DNA from: an uncultured Candidatus Saccharibacteria bacterium
GTDB lineage: Bacteria > Patescibacteriota > Saccharimonadia > Saccharimonadales > 2-12-FULL-41-12
Assembly (NCBI GenBank): GCA_947085855.1
Contig: CAMTYB010000001.1
Coordinates: forward strand, 213,788-277,787
Direction: 5' to 3'
Length of the DNA stretch: 64,000 nt
Shown here: positions 53,212 through 62,298 of the stretch, in pieces
How positions within the stretch are numbered: the first letter of the stretch is position 1
How the letters are laid out: each line of letters begins with the position of its first letter
Notes under the pieces: model-generated
Told to the model about the DNA's origin: nothing
The model's database searches: none
The model's input: the letters and a program-made list of their open reading frames with translations, nothing else
Made by a program: the position numbers and the translations under genes

Positions 53212-54462
53212 TTATGCTTGTAGATGCGTAATGAGGCTGTTTTGTGGCACTAATTCAGCCGTCTCGCTGGTGCGAGCTTTGACCTCTACAGATGATTGTT
53301 CGAGCGTCTTAGAACTGATTACGACCCGATACGGCATTCCGAGTAAATCAGCGTCAGCAAACTTAGTTCCAGGCCGAACTGCGCGATCATCATACAACAC
53401 CGAGATACCGGCTGCCTGTAAGACTTCGTACAGTTTTTCTGCTTCGCTTATGACTTTTTCGTCCTCGCCGACCGTCACTAACTGCACCAACGCTGGGGCA
53501 ACCGCTTTTGGCCAGGCCAAGCCCTTATCGTCGGCAAAATGCTCCGCCAACACGCCCACCAAGCGACTCACGCCAATGCCATAACAGCCCATAATAATCT
53601 GTTGTTCTGCCCCGTCTTCGTCGGTGTAGGTCAAACCAAGTGCATCCGTATACTTGGTGCCGAGTGAAAAAATATTACCGACCTCTACCGCCCGCTTTTC
53701 AACCAAGTCGTCCTTCTTCAGGCCAATTTGCTGGAGCACTTCGTCTGTAAAAACTTCTTTGTTAATGGCAATTTTCTTGGCTTCATCAACATAAATTGTA
53801 TCTTCGCCAACATGGCTCAGTGTTTGGAATTCGTCACTGAATTGACTAAAAATGCCACCGCTGGCAAAAGTGCGATAGGTGATGTCGCCAATGCCAAGTC
53901 GTTCGTAGACTCGATGGTAGGCCTCGGCCAATTCTTCATACTGCTGCTTATGCTCATCTTCAGTGCGTGAAAAGGTATATAGGTCTTTCATGAGGAATTC
54001 GCGACCGCGCATGATGCCACTTTTAGCACGCAACTCGTTACGGAATTTACTTTGAATCTGATACACCTTAAGTGGCAGATCCTTGTACGAATTCACGTAC
54101 GGCTTAAGTGAATCAACCACCGGTTCTTCGTGCGTCAGGCCAACGCCGAGTTCGGTACCGTTGGCTAATTTGGTTTTGAACCAGTTATCAACTTTGGCAT
54201 CATCCCAACGATCAGTTAGCTCCCAGATATCCTTTGGCTGCAGCACGGACATCCAGACTTCTTGACCACCAACTTTGTCCATCTCGTCACGCACGATATC
54301 GGCCACATTATTAAGAACTTTTAATCCAAGCGGCAGATAGGCATACACACCAGCCATTTCTTTGTGAACATAGCCGCCCTGAATAAGTAGCTGCGCATTG
54401 CGCGCCGTTTCGTCAGCCGGAACTGATTTGCTGGTTTTTGTGAATAATTTTGAAAGTCTCAT
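53212..54462 (-). CDS. proS: Proline--tRNA ligase, bacterial-type N-terminus but lacking the INS editing insertion
   Basis: MRLSKLF...PADETARNAQLLIQGGYV, motif 2 FRNELRAKSGIMRGREFLMKD, motif 3 GCYGIGVSRL. Only ~130 aa separate motifs 2 and 3. Confidence 0.9.
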   Translation of the reverse strand: MRLSKLFTKTSKSVPADETARNAQLLIQGGYVHKEMAGVYAYLPLGLKVLNNVADIVRDEMDKVGGQEVWMSVLQPKDIWELTDRWDDAKVDNWFKTKLANGTELGVGLTHEEPVVDSLKPYVNSYKDLPLKVYQIQSKFRNELRAKSGIMRGREFLMKDLYTFSRTEDEHKQQYEELAEAYHRVYERLGIGDITYRTFASGGIFSQFSDEFQTLSHVGEDTIYVDEAKKIAINKEVFTDEVLQQIGLKKDDLVEKRAVEVGNIFSLGTKYTDALGLTYTDEDGAEQQIIMGCYGIGVSRLVGVLAEHFADDKGLAWPKAVAPALVQLVTVGEDEKVISEAEKLYEVLQAAGISVLYDDRAVRPGTKFADADLLGMPYRVVISSKTLEQSSVEVKARTSETAELVPQNSLITHLQA

Positions 54463-54470
54463 CGGGCTCC

Positions 54471-54476
54471 ATTGTA
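54471..54476 (-). promoter_or_regulatory. -10 TACAAT, 8 nt before the proS ATG
   Basis: Reverse strand: aaggTACAATggagcccgATG. No clear -35. Confidence 0.35.
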
Positions 54477-54555
54477 CCTTAGCCAGAGTAGAGACGCTAG
54501 TTATTGCAAGCTCAGATTTGTTGGCTTATGCTGGTCAGCACCCTGAGAGTATGAA

Positions 54556-56376
54556 TCATACTCGAAAAAATTCTTCATCAGCAGTAGGCGTTTGGATATG
54601 GTCGGCTGACGACTCATCATGACGTCGAAGCCGAATGCCTCGCTTACCAAACCCAACCGGCTGTGCGTAGCTATGATTAAATGATGGCGCGTTACGGTGA
54701 CTAACGTTGCCACGGCCTTTGTTCGTAACACCCATACTTGTGTATGCACCACCATCACAAATTTGTAGCATCGAACACATGGCTGCAAAACCGTTTATTT
54801 CCTCATCGGATACCCGAGACCTTATATATTCTCTCAGTGTGTCTTTGGCTAGCTTATACATGGCTGCCTTGGCTGATTGACCAGCCCCACGAATATTGAT
54901 ATCAAAAGCCAAATCAGCACCTTCGCCAATTATTGCCAGTATCATTTTTCTATCGCGAACCGGCAAACCTACCTCTTTCAGAAAACCGTTGGCGTATATT
55001 TGATTAAAGTCCTTTTGATTGTGAATTTCACCTTTTATAGCTGCCGCTGGTTTGCCGATATCGTGCGCTAAAATAGCCAGCCTCATGGGGGCAAGCATTT
55101 GCACCGGCAAGTTATCTGCAAAGTTTTCATCAAAGTTTTGGAGTACTGTTTCTGTATGCTCAGCTAAGCTAAACTTCTCCCAATTGCCAGTATCTTCTTT
55201 AAAAATGTGCCCAAAACTAGTAAGTTGACTTGCTAGCTCTACAATTTTTTCTGGCTTCACGTGAGGGTCATCCTGGATTGCCCTAAGAAGCGGCAAACGC
55301 GTATCCGTACCTTCCTGCTCACGTGTTTTTTCTGTAATTTCATCGAGTCGTGCAGCAAATTGACCAACCTGTCGCCACGTCGACTGGCGCTGAGCTTTTG
55401 CTTGTTCTTCAGTTGCCACTTTTTCAAGATCAAAGAGTGATATTGCAATCATCTTTCGATTGATAGTTGCAGAATAAATAGGCTGCTGAACACCGACAAT
55501 ACCTGCTTCTCGAAAGTATCGTTGCACGTATTCCATATTAAGCGGTAGCTCGACCTGCCCTTCATTGACAAGATTAATAACGTCAGTATGAATGTCTCTT
55601 TGCGAACCTAGTAAACGGCCGGCCGCATATGACGGTGCAATCTGCATTACCTGGCGTGCATTGTAGGCACTAGCAAGCTGGAGCGCAACGCTTTCGTCGA
55701 TGCCAGCTTCTTCTGCATACAATGACACCTCTTCTTGCTTGATTCTCGTGGGCAGACGTCGATTGATCACTTCTTTAAAAGGCTTAAAGGCATGTCGATC
55801 GTCGAAACCGAGTGGAGATCCTTCAGATACGCCTATGGCTAACTTATTTAGAGCACCTTTATATTTTTCTAAAGTTACCTCGTCCAATGTTTGAACATCA
55901 AAATTGAGATCAATGACAACTGCATCCGGATTGACCGACACAATATCATGGATTTCCCCTTGGTATTTACGTGCGATAGACTGCCACAAATCGTCCTTTT
56001 CGACTTCAGACATCGGCCATTTAGACGCGTTTGCTTCTCTATCGCGCATTGCTTCAATATATTCTGGATATATAAATTCTCTGCCGCGACTCCTAGCAAA
56101 TTCTAGGGCGTTATCACGCGAGCCTGTGTACAGTGTTGGGCGCGTATTAACGTTGAAATTTCCATTATCGTTGCGGCCATTCGCAAATACCGGGTTTACG
56201 GTCCATGGCTCATTAGCATGATTCTCGCCAACGCGACCATGAAATGTCTCCAGTTCAGACAATGGAGCCAGAAGACCTATCTCTTTAAGTGTCTCAATCG
56301 CCCTGAATCTTTCGGCATCTTCGAGACTTCTAGAATGTTCGGCGCGGGTCTGTAGCTGTTCTGACATAGTATGCAT
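54556..56376 (-). CDS. Large hypothetical protein (606 aa) with C-terminal HD-domain
   Basis: HD signature LAEHTETV...RLAILAHDIGKP...D. The N-terminal ~400 aa are unrecognised. No signal peptide or TM. Confidence 0.55.
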   Translation of the reverse strand: MHTMSEQLQTRAEHSRSLEDAERFRAIETLKEIGLLAPLSELETFHGRVGENHANEPWTVNPVFANGRNDNGNFNVNTRPTLYTGSRDNALEFARSRGREFIYPEYIEAMRDREANASKWPMSEVEKDDLWQSIARKYQGEIHDIVSVNPDAVVIDLNFDVQTLDEVTLEKYKGALNKLAIGVSEGSPLGFDDRHAFKPFKEVINRRLPTRIKQEEVSLYAEEAGIDESVALQLASAYNARQVMQIAPSYAAGRLLGSQRDIHTDVINLVNEGQVELPLNMEYVQRYFREAGIVGVQQPIYSATINRKMIAISLFDLEKVATEEQAKAQRQSTWRQVGQFAARLDEITEKTREQEGTDTRLPLLRAIQDDPHVKPEKIVELASQLTSFGHIFKEDTGNWEKFSLAEHTETVLQNFDENFADNLPVQMLAPMRLAILAHDIGKPAAAIKGEIHNQKDFNQIYANGFLKEVGLPVRDRKMILAIIGEGADLAFDINIRGAGQSAKAAMYKLAKDTLREYIRSRVSDEEINGFAAMCSMLQICDGGAYTSMGVTNKGRGNVSHRNAPSFNHSYAQPVGFGKRGIRLRRHDESSADHIQTPTADEEFFRV

Positions 56377-56398
56377 TTGTTTTTATAACTTTAGTGTC

Positions 56399-56427
56399 AT
56401 TATAGCACAAATATGTGTTTTACGCAA
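56399..56427 (-). promoter_or_regulatory. Promoter TTGCGT-17-(TGc)TATAAT upstream of the HD-domain gene
   Basis: Reverse-strand hexamers at 56427-56422 and 56404-56399. It shares the 15-mer ATTTGTGCTATAATG with the promoter at 59256. Confidence 0.55.
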
Positions 56428-56455
56428 GTTTTCTTATCTTATGGAAGGGTCTGTG

Positions 56456-57268
56456 TTAAGTCCGAAAAACAAATAAGGCCACGAAGGCGAGGCCATTCTT
56501 GAGCGCGTGCACTACTATGCCGGCCCACAACGAGCCGGTTTTGACTCGTAAGCCGATTAAGATCACCGACAGAACAAAGGTGTCTATAGCCGCTACATAC
56601 AGAGGCGGTGCGCCTAAACCGAGCTGCAAATGAGCCAAGCCAAACAAGGTGCTCGCTACCAGCGCAGCCACCACTGGGCCCATTTTTGTGCGCAGACCAC
56701 TATATAAGAAGCCGCGGATCATAATTTCTTCAACAATCGGTGGCAGTATCACCAAGCACACAAAGACCAAGCCGAGCTGCCACACACCATTGGCTGATTC
56801 AAAACCAATTTGCTGCTCTTGCTCTAGATTAATGCTTGGTAGTACCTTGTCGACAGCAGCCAGTACAGCCGCTGCTGCCAAAAAATAACCAACAAAGGCC
56901 CCTACGGCATATAGTATGTCGGACGGCACTATACCCCGCCCCAAGCCAATTTTGGCCCAGGTCACACGGTAGCGCTTCATGTACCAGACGATGACGCCGA
57001 GCATCGTCAAGTAAGCTACCGCCGTAGTCGAAAATTGACCAACTGTTGTATCGCTAATAACGTCAAAGACACGCTCCGAATTCATGCCAGTCACCAAAAT
57101 GAACATGCCGAGCACAAGGCCGAGCAAGAACTGAGGCGACATGTAAGCTACGATCGTCACGACAACTGCACTGACTGGGCCAAAAGATAGGCTCAGTCGG
57201 CTCATGAGTCGCAGGAGCCAGCGGTCTTTTTTGGATATTTTTTGGCTAGAAGAATCGTCGGACATCAA
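56456..57268 (-). CDS. CPBP (CAAX/Abi) family intramembrane metalloprotease
   Basis: Motifs PIVEEIMIRGFLY, FGLAHL, VHALKN. Polytopic. Confidence 0.7.
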   Translation of the reverse strand: MMSDDSSSQKISKKDRWLLRLMSRLSLSFGPVSAVVVTIVAYMSPQFLLGLVLGMFILVTGMNSERVFDVISDTTVGQFSTTAVAYLTMLGVIVWYMKRYRVTWAKIGLGRGIVPSDILYAVGAFVGYFLAAAAVLAAVDKVLPSINLEQEQQIGFESANGVWQLGLVFVCLVILPPIVEEIMIRGFLYSGLRTKMGPVVAALVASTLFGLAHLQLGLGAPPLYVAAIDTFVLSVILIGLRVKTGSLWAGIVVHALKNGLAFVALFVFRT

Positions 57269-58349
57269 CTACGGTGATGAGGACAAACAGAGCCATCAAG
57301 GCTACAAACCCTGTGCCGTGAATTGCCTCTTCTTTCTCTTTTGTTAATGGTTTTTTGAGCGCTCTAAACAGCAGCAGGACAAATAGTCGGCCACCATCGA
57401 GAGCAGGAATTGGCAGCACATTCATGATTGCGAGTGACAACGACAAAATAGCGATTACAAACAAGATGAAGTTAGCGCCAATCTTGCTACCACGCTCGAG
57501 GATTACGGCGATGCCCACGGGCCCGGACACCTGCTCGCTGGCTGTTTTGGTGTCGCCCTTGACTAGACTACTGATTGCCGTGCCAAGCCCTTTAAACGTC
57601 AGCTGCGTCAACTGACCGGTTAGACCAACTGCCACCACTGGTGCTGACCACGTACTGCGCTGCAATTGGATACCGTCTTGCATCGGTGCTACGCCGATGT
57701 AGCCATTACCTTTGTTTTCTTGGTTAACTTGCATCTGTGCGGTATAGGTTTGACCATCGTGCATATAGACAATTGGTATGGTCTGACCAGCATATCGCTT
57801 AGCGATTTGGCCAACTTGATCGGTTTTAGTTATTGGTGTGTTGGCAATTGAGACGATCTCATCGCCTTCCTTGAGTCCGGCTTTGCCGGCCGGTTCGTTG
57901 CTTTCAACGTCACCAGCGACAATGTTAGCTTCACGCGTCACCTTCGTGTCGCTCGCTACGGTAAACTGGTTATCTATAAGTTTTGGCATGCCTACAAGCG
58001 CCAAAATCGTGAACATGGCGAGCGCCACAATCAAGTTCATGACCACCCCGGCCAACATGACTTTTACTTTGACGTTTAGCGGCGCAGCACCAAAGCTACC
58101 GGGTCGCCTATCGGCATCGTTTTCGCCTTTTAAGCGCACAAAACCGCCGAGCGGTAGTAGATTTATGGTGAAAAGGAATTTGCTCTTTTTGGTACGGACT
58201 TTCTTACCCCACACCTTTGGCGGAAAACCAATACCAAATTCTTCAACCTCTACGCCACCACGACGAGCGGCCACAAAATGACCCCACTCGTGTACAACCA
58301 CGAGTCCAATAAACAGAATTACTGCCACAATTAAAAGAAATACTGCCAT
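57246..58349 (-). CDS. rseP: RIP site-2 metalloprotease RseP (M50) with PDZ
   Basis: HEWGHFVAARRGG, a PDZ segment (AGKAGLKEGDEIVSI), and NLLPIPALDGG. Confidence 0.85.
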   Translation of the reverse strand: MAVFLLIVAVILFIGLVVVHEWGHFVAARRGGVEVEEFGIGFPPKVWGKKVRTKKSKFLFTINLLPLGGFVRLKGENDADRRPGSFGAAPLNVKVKVMLAGVVMNLIVALAMFTILALVGMPKLIDNQFTVASDTKVTREANIVAGDVESNEPAGKAGLKEGDEIVSIANTPITKTDQVGQIAKRYAGQTIPIVYMHDGQTYTAQMQVNQENKGNGYIGVAPMQDGIQLQRSTWSAPVVAVGLTGQLTQLTFKGLGTAISSLVKGDTKTASEQVSGPVGIAVILERGSKIGANFILFVIAILSLSLAIMNVLPIPALDGGRLFVLLLFRALKKPLTKEKEEAIHGTGFVALMALFVLITVVDVRRFF

Positions 58350-58358
58350 CTACCCCTC

Positions 58359-58367
58359 ATTTTACCA
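58359..58367 (-). promoter_or_regulatory. Extended -10 TGGTAAAAT, 9 nt before the rseP ATG
   Basis: Reverse strand: ctaTGGTAAAATgaggggtagATG. Confidence 0.45.
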
Positions 58368-58389
58368 TAGCTAGCGAACTGTAACCGGG

Positions 58390-58953
58390 TTAAACGGTCA
58401 TGATTTCGGTCTCTTTGGCCTTGGCCTTGGAGTCCAGAGCAGCTCGTTGCTTGCTCATAGCATCATCAATTTGCGTAACGCAGCGTTTGTGCTCGTCTTC
58501 GCTCATAGCTTTGTCTTTTTTGGCTTGATCCAGCTCTTTCAAAGCATCGTGACGGACACCGCGCATAGCAATGTTAGCGTCTTCGACTTTTTCGCCCAAC
58601 TGTTTAACAATCTGTCGGCGGCGCTCCTCGGTCAGTGGCGGGATTGGAATGCGAATCAGCCGACCATCGTCGCTCGGGTTCAAGCCAAGGCTTTGATTGT
58701 CGCGAATTGCGCTTGCAATGGTTTGTACCGTATTTGGATCAAACGGTGAAATTTGCAGCAACTGCGCCTCTGGTGCGCTGATGGTTGCCACTTGGATCAA
58801 TGGCATTTGTTGACCATAGGCCTCAACCGTCACGCCATCGAGCATGCTCGGGTGTGCGCGACCAGTTCGGAGTTTTTTAACTTCGTCATCGAAGCGCGAC
58901 ACAGCAGCTTCAAACTTAGTTTGGGCAGTTGAAATAACGTCTTGTGGATTCAT
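58390..58953 (-). CDS. frr: Ribosome recycling factor
   Basis: RTGRAHPSMLDGVTVEAYG...PLTEERRRQIVKQ. Confidence 0.95.
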   Translation of the reverse strand: MNPQDVISTAQTKFEAAVSRFDDEVKKLRTGRAHPSMLDGVTVEAYGQQMPLIQVATISAPEAQLLQISPFDPNTVQTIASAIRDNQSLGLNPSDDGRLIRIPIPPLTEERRRQIVKQLGEKVEDANIAMRGVRHDALKELDQAKKDKAMSEDEHKRCVTQIDDAMSKQRAALDSKAKAKETEIMTV

Positions 58954-58961
58954 ATAGATTT

Positions 58962-58967
58962 AGTATA
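58962..58967 (-). promoter_or_regulatory. -10 TATACT, 8 nt before the frr ATG
   Basis: Reverse strand: gcgcTATACTaaatctatATG. No clear -35. Confidence 0.35.
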
Positions 58968-58980
58968 GCGCACTTCCGGC

Positions 58981-59247
58981 TTAGCATGGATAGTGCAAGT
59001 TTTCACGGATGCGCTGGAGTGCTTTGTGGATAAATCCTAAGCCACTACCTCTCGCTTGGTCTCGACGTTGCGCCTGGGCTTCCTCGGTCAACATAACGAC
59101 GGTAGCAATGTGTCCTTCACCCACTTCTAGCTGGCCGGCAACTACAACTTCATCTTCGCCCCATCCCATTACGTCCATGGTGCGACGATCTTTATCTGTA
59201 AGCTCCGGTTGCGGCGCTGTCTCGCCTGAAAATTTATCCTCACTCAT
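58981..59247 (-). CDS. Hypothetical small acidic protein (~88 aa)
   Basis: ORF with its own TAGACA-17-TATAAT promoter. ATG 59247 lies 8 nt after the -10. No family recognised. Confidence 0.4.
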   Translation of the reverse strand: MSEDKFSGETAPQPELTDKDRRTMDVMGWGEDEVVVAGQLEVGEGHIATVVMLTEEAQAQRRDQARGSGLGFIHKALQRIRENLHYPC

Positions 59248-59255
59248 AAACATAC

Positions 59256-59284
59256 ATTATAGCACAAATTCTAGAGTTTGTCTA
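59256..59284 (-). promoter_or_regulatory. Promoter TAGACA-17-(TGc)TATAAT, 8 nt before ATG 59247
   Basis: Reverse-strand hexamers at 59284-59279 and 59261-59256. Confidence 0.55.
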
Positions 59285-59298
59285 TTGTGAAGAGTGCC

Positions 59299-60645
59299 CT
59301 ACTGCTCAGACTGGACGTATTTTTTAGTTTCGTTGTCAACAAATCTTTTGATACGTTTTTCGGCACGACCAGAAATTCTTCCTTCTGCTGCTGCAGTAGT
59401 TGCTTGTACATACATGCCGTCAAGCAAAGACCGCACAAACTCAGGATGAGTCTGTACTTTTGGAATATCTGGATTAGCAACAGCTATGTTTAATTTAGTT
59501 GCCATGCTTTTTATTTCATTGCTGAGTTGTTTTCTATCTGATCGCCGAACAACGCGCCACGCCAATTCTTCTGATTTATCTGGCACGGTTCCGTGTACTG
59601 ACATTCTTATAAGTAGCTCTTTCTTGAGCGCCTCAGACGGCGACAAAGAACCTGGATACGCGCCAGCAGTCAGTATTTCACCAACTAAAAGGCGATCCCG
59701 CCCAAGGTCTGGATCGCCTACCTTCAAATTGACACGATAAAGAATTTGACGGGCTACTTCCGGCAATGCTTTATCGAAAGCTTCTCTAGATTTTATTGAG
59801 AGATCGTGCTGCAAAGTCTCATCTAAGGAAATGATGCCCTGTCGCTGAAGAACTAAACCCAATTCAGGAACTCTTTCAAACTCGCCAGATTTCAGGAAAT
59901 GCTCTGTTATAGCCTGTGGGCCAACCAAACATTTTACGCCCAGGCTATCGACTATGCGGGGCCCACCTGGATCAAACAAGCGCGCAGGATACTCAGACAT
60001 ATCTACGCCACGACCCGTAACTGAGTCGTTATCCCATTTTGGTTTTACCGGCCGAGCAAAGCGCAGGAAGTCTCCTGTCTTGCTGTCGGCAAACCCCACT
60101 TCGTCGGCGTCTATGGCAGACAGATCTGCTTCCATTCTTAGCTTATCTAACTTTGCGCCTGCGACCACGAAGGATCTACTATTGCCACTTACCAATACGC
60201 TCCTCTGCCTATCCTCGCCATTTTCCATACTCTGGATCACCTGAACACCTTGGCTTGCTGCCCAGTCAGGATTACTACCATTCAGCACCTGGTTGATAAC
60301 CATCCAGGCAATTGCCTTGCTGCCAAGTAGCCAAATCGTGCCGCCATCAGCAGCGATATATTCTCGCTTGTATGGAATGTCGAGGCGATGGGCAGCTTCT
60401 TGGCGAGCCAGTTTTTTGTTCCCCAAAAGATCTGCTTCCAGCAAAGTCTCCTTGTCGAAAGTGTCAATAATTTCTGGATTGAATTCGTCGTCGCCAGCAA
60501 TTATTGCCTCGAGGTGTTTCCGTTCACTCACCCCCATATCAGTAAGTTCCGCTTGCTTGCTTGCAATTCCGTTCTCGCCTCCATACCGACGAGTTAGAAA
60601 CTCAAAATCCACACCCATTTCTTCAAATACTGTGGTAGTGCTCAT
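59299..60645 (-). CDS. Large hypothetical protein (~448 aa)
   Basis: Long ORF between tsf and frr. AAGGAG lies 11 nt upstream of ATG 60645 (the ORF track extends to 60711). No motif, signal peptide or TM recognised. Confidence 0.5.
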   Translation of the reverse strand: MSTTTVFEEMGVDFEFLTRRYGGENGIASKQAELTDMGVSERKHLEAIIAGDDEFNPEIIDTFDKETLLEADLLGNKKLARQEAAHRLDIPYKREYIAADGGTIWLLGSKAIAWMVINQVLNGSNPDWAASQGVQVIQSMENGEDRQRSVLVSGNSRSFVVAGAKLDKLRMEADLSAIDADEVGFADSKTGDFLRFARPVKPKWDNDSVTGRGVDMSEYPARLFDPGGPRIVDSLGVKCLVGPQAITEHFLKSGEFERVPELGLVLQRQGIISLDETLQHDLSIKSREAFDKALPEVARQILYRVNLKVGDPDLGRDRLLVGEILTAGAYPGSLSPSEALKKELLIRMSVHGTVPDKSEELAWRVVRRSDRKQLSNEIKSMATKLNIAVANPDIPKVQTHPEFVRSLLDGMYVQATTAAAEGRISGRAEKRIKRFVDNETKKYVQSEQ

Positions 60646-60755
60646 TTTCCAGAAAACTCCTTGTTTTTGAATAGTACCATATACCATAAACCTTGTAAAA
60701 AACCATGACAAGTAAGCCCATTGGACGGATTGTTGGGCTAAATTTAAGAAGCAGT

Positions 60756-61358
60756 CTATTCGATGACTTCGCCGATAGCCAGGCGGCTAAAGCGGCGGAC
60801 CACGATGTTTTCACCAAGCTTGGCAATGCCTTCTTTGATGAAGAGATCGACTGTTTGGTCGGGGTTTTTGACGAATGGCTGGTCGAGTAGGCAGCGTTCG
60901 GCAAAGTATTTTTTGACCATGCCACTGACAATTTGGTCGAGCATGTTGTCTGGCTTGCCTTCGGCTTTGGCTTTTTCGGTAAATTCGGCGGTTACTTTTT
61001 CGGTTTCTTCGGCTGGAATATCGTCAGCACTAACATAGAGCGGACTAGCAGCTGCAATGTGCATAGCAATGTCTTTTACAAGGTCGGTGAATTGTTCGTT
61101 ACGAGCCACAAAGTCAGTTTCGCAGTTCACCTCTAATACGACGCCAATGCGGCTGTCATGATTGTATGTACTAACGATGCCGGCACGGGCTTCGCGTTCA
61201 CCACGCTTTTCGGCCTTAGTTAGGCCTTTCTTGCGCATAGCTTCGAGAGCTTTATCAAAATCGCCGTTGGCTTCGACGAGGGCTTTTTTGGCATCAGTAA
61301 TGCCAACGCCCGTTAGGCCGCGGAGGCGCTTAATTTCATCAATTGAGATATCTGCCAT
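60756..61358 (-). CDS. tsf: Elongation factor Ts (short form)
   Basis: UBA-like N-terminus IKRLRGLTGVGITDAKKALVEANGDFDKALEAMRKKG. Confidence 0.9.
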   Translation of the reverse strand: MADISIDEIKRLRGLTGVGITDAKKALVEANGDFDKALEAMRKKGLTKAEKRGEREARAGIVSTYNHDSRIGVVLEVNCETDFVARNEQFTDLVKDIAMHIAAASPLYVSADDIPAEETEKVTAEFTEKAKAEGKPDNMLDQIVSGMVKKYFAERCLLDQPFVKNPDQTVDLFIKEGIAKLGENIVVRRFSRLAIGEVIE

Positions 61359-61385
61359 ATCTATTCCCTTCCTAAATTCTTAAAA

Positions 61386-62129
61386 TTATTCGGCTTTATC
61401 GGTTTTGTCGGCTTTAGCTTCTGGTTGTTTTTGTTGAGCTTTGCCAACATTGATAGCTTCTACAAAGTAATCGATGATCAATTTAACAGATTTGATTGCA
61501 TCATCGTTAGCTGGTATGACGTAGTCTACCAAGCTTGGATCGGCGTTGGTGTCGACAATAGCGATAACTGGGATACCAAGCTTACGAGCTTCACGCACTG
61601 CGTTGATTTCGGCCACAACATCCACCACGATCATTGCACCGGGGCGATTAGCCATGTGCTTGATACCGCCGTACATGTGGTTCATGTCATCGATTTCTTC
61701 TTGGAAACGCTGGACTTCGAGCTTGTTGTACTTAGCTTCGAGCGCACCTGAATCCATGCGTTGTTCGATGTCTTTTAGATGCTTAATGCGACCATTCATG
61801 GTTGCAACGTTCGTTAGCATACCGCCAACCCAACGTTCTACAACAAATGGCATGCCGGTAGATTCACCAGCTTCACGGACAGCATCCTTAGCTTGGCGTT
61901 TAGTACCAACCAGTAGAACTTGGCGGCTAGAGGCAACCGTTTTGACAACAAAAGCGAGCGCTTCATCAAGGCCTTCAACGGTTTTGGTCAAGTCTATGAT
62001 GTGACTGCCGTCTCGTTTGCTGTGAATGTATTGAGCCATTTTTGGGTGCCAGCGACTGGTCTTGTGACCAAAGTGAGCACCGGCTTCTAATAGTTTTTTA
62101 ATATCAACGTCTACAGTAGCTTGCGCCAT
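61386..62129 (-). CDS. rpsB: 30S ribosomal protein S2
   Basis: LLEAGAHFGHKTSRWHPKM, VLLVGTKRQA, DTNADPSLVDYVIPANDDA. Confidence 0.95.
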   Translation of the reverse strand: MAQATVDVDIKKLLEAGAHFGHKTSRWHPKMAQYIHSKRDGSHIIDLTKTVEGLDEALAFVVKTVASSRQVLLVGTKRQAKDAVREAGESTGMPFVVERWVGGMLTNVATMNGRIKHLKDIEQRMDSGALEAKYNKLEVQRFQEEIDDMNHMYGGIKHMANRPGAMIVVDVVAEINAVREARKLGIPVIAIVDTNADPSLVDYVIPANDDAIKSVKLIIDYFVEAINVGKAQQKQPEAKADKTDKAE

Positions 62130-62232
62130 GTGTCGTCTTCCTTTCTCTTCGCTATCGAGGACCGGTCAGAGTTTCTACACGAAACATAAGCCAGAGGAAC
62201 ACTTCTCGATGCTGCTTAATGATAGTTACCCT

Positions 62233-62261
62233 ATTTTAACAGAGGCCAGTCTTTTTTGCAA
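62233..62261 (-). promoter_or_regulatory. rpsB promoter TTGCAA-17-TAAAAT
   Basis: Reverse-strand hexamers at 62261-62256 and 62238-62233. The ~97-nt leader has nested helices and GAAAGGAAG SD. Confidence 0.6.
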
Positions 62262-62269
62262 CCTGACTA

Positions 62270-62298
62270 TTGCCCATTTACTCCTTTCACGATATAAT
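62270..62298 (+). promoter_or_regulatory. rpmE promoter TTGCCC-17-TATAAT, 8 nt before the ATG
   Basis: Hexamers at 62270-62275 and 62293-62298. ATG at 62307. Confidence 0.6.
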
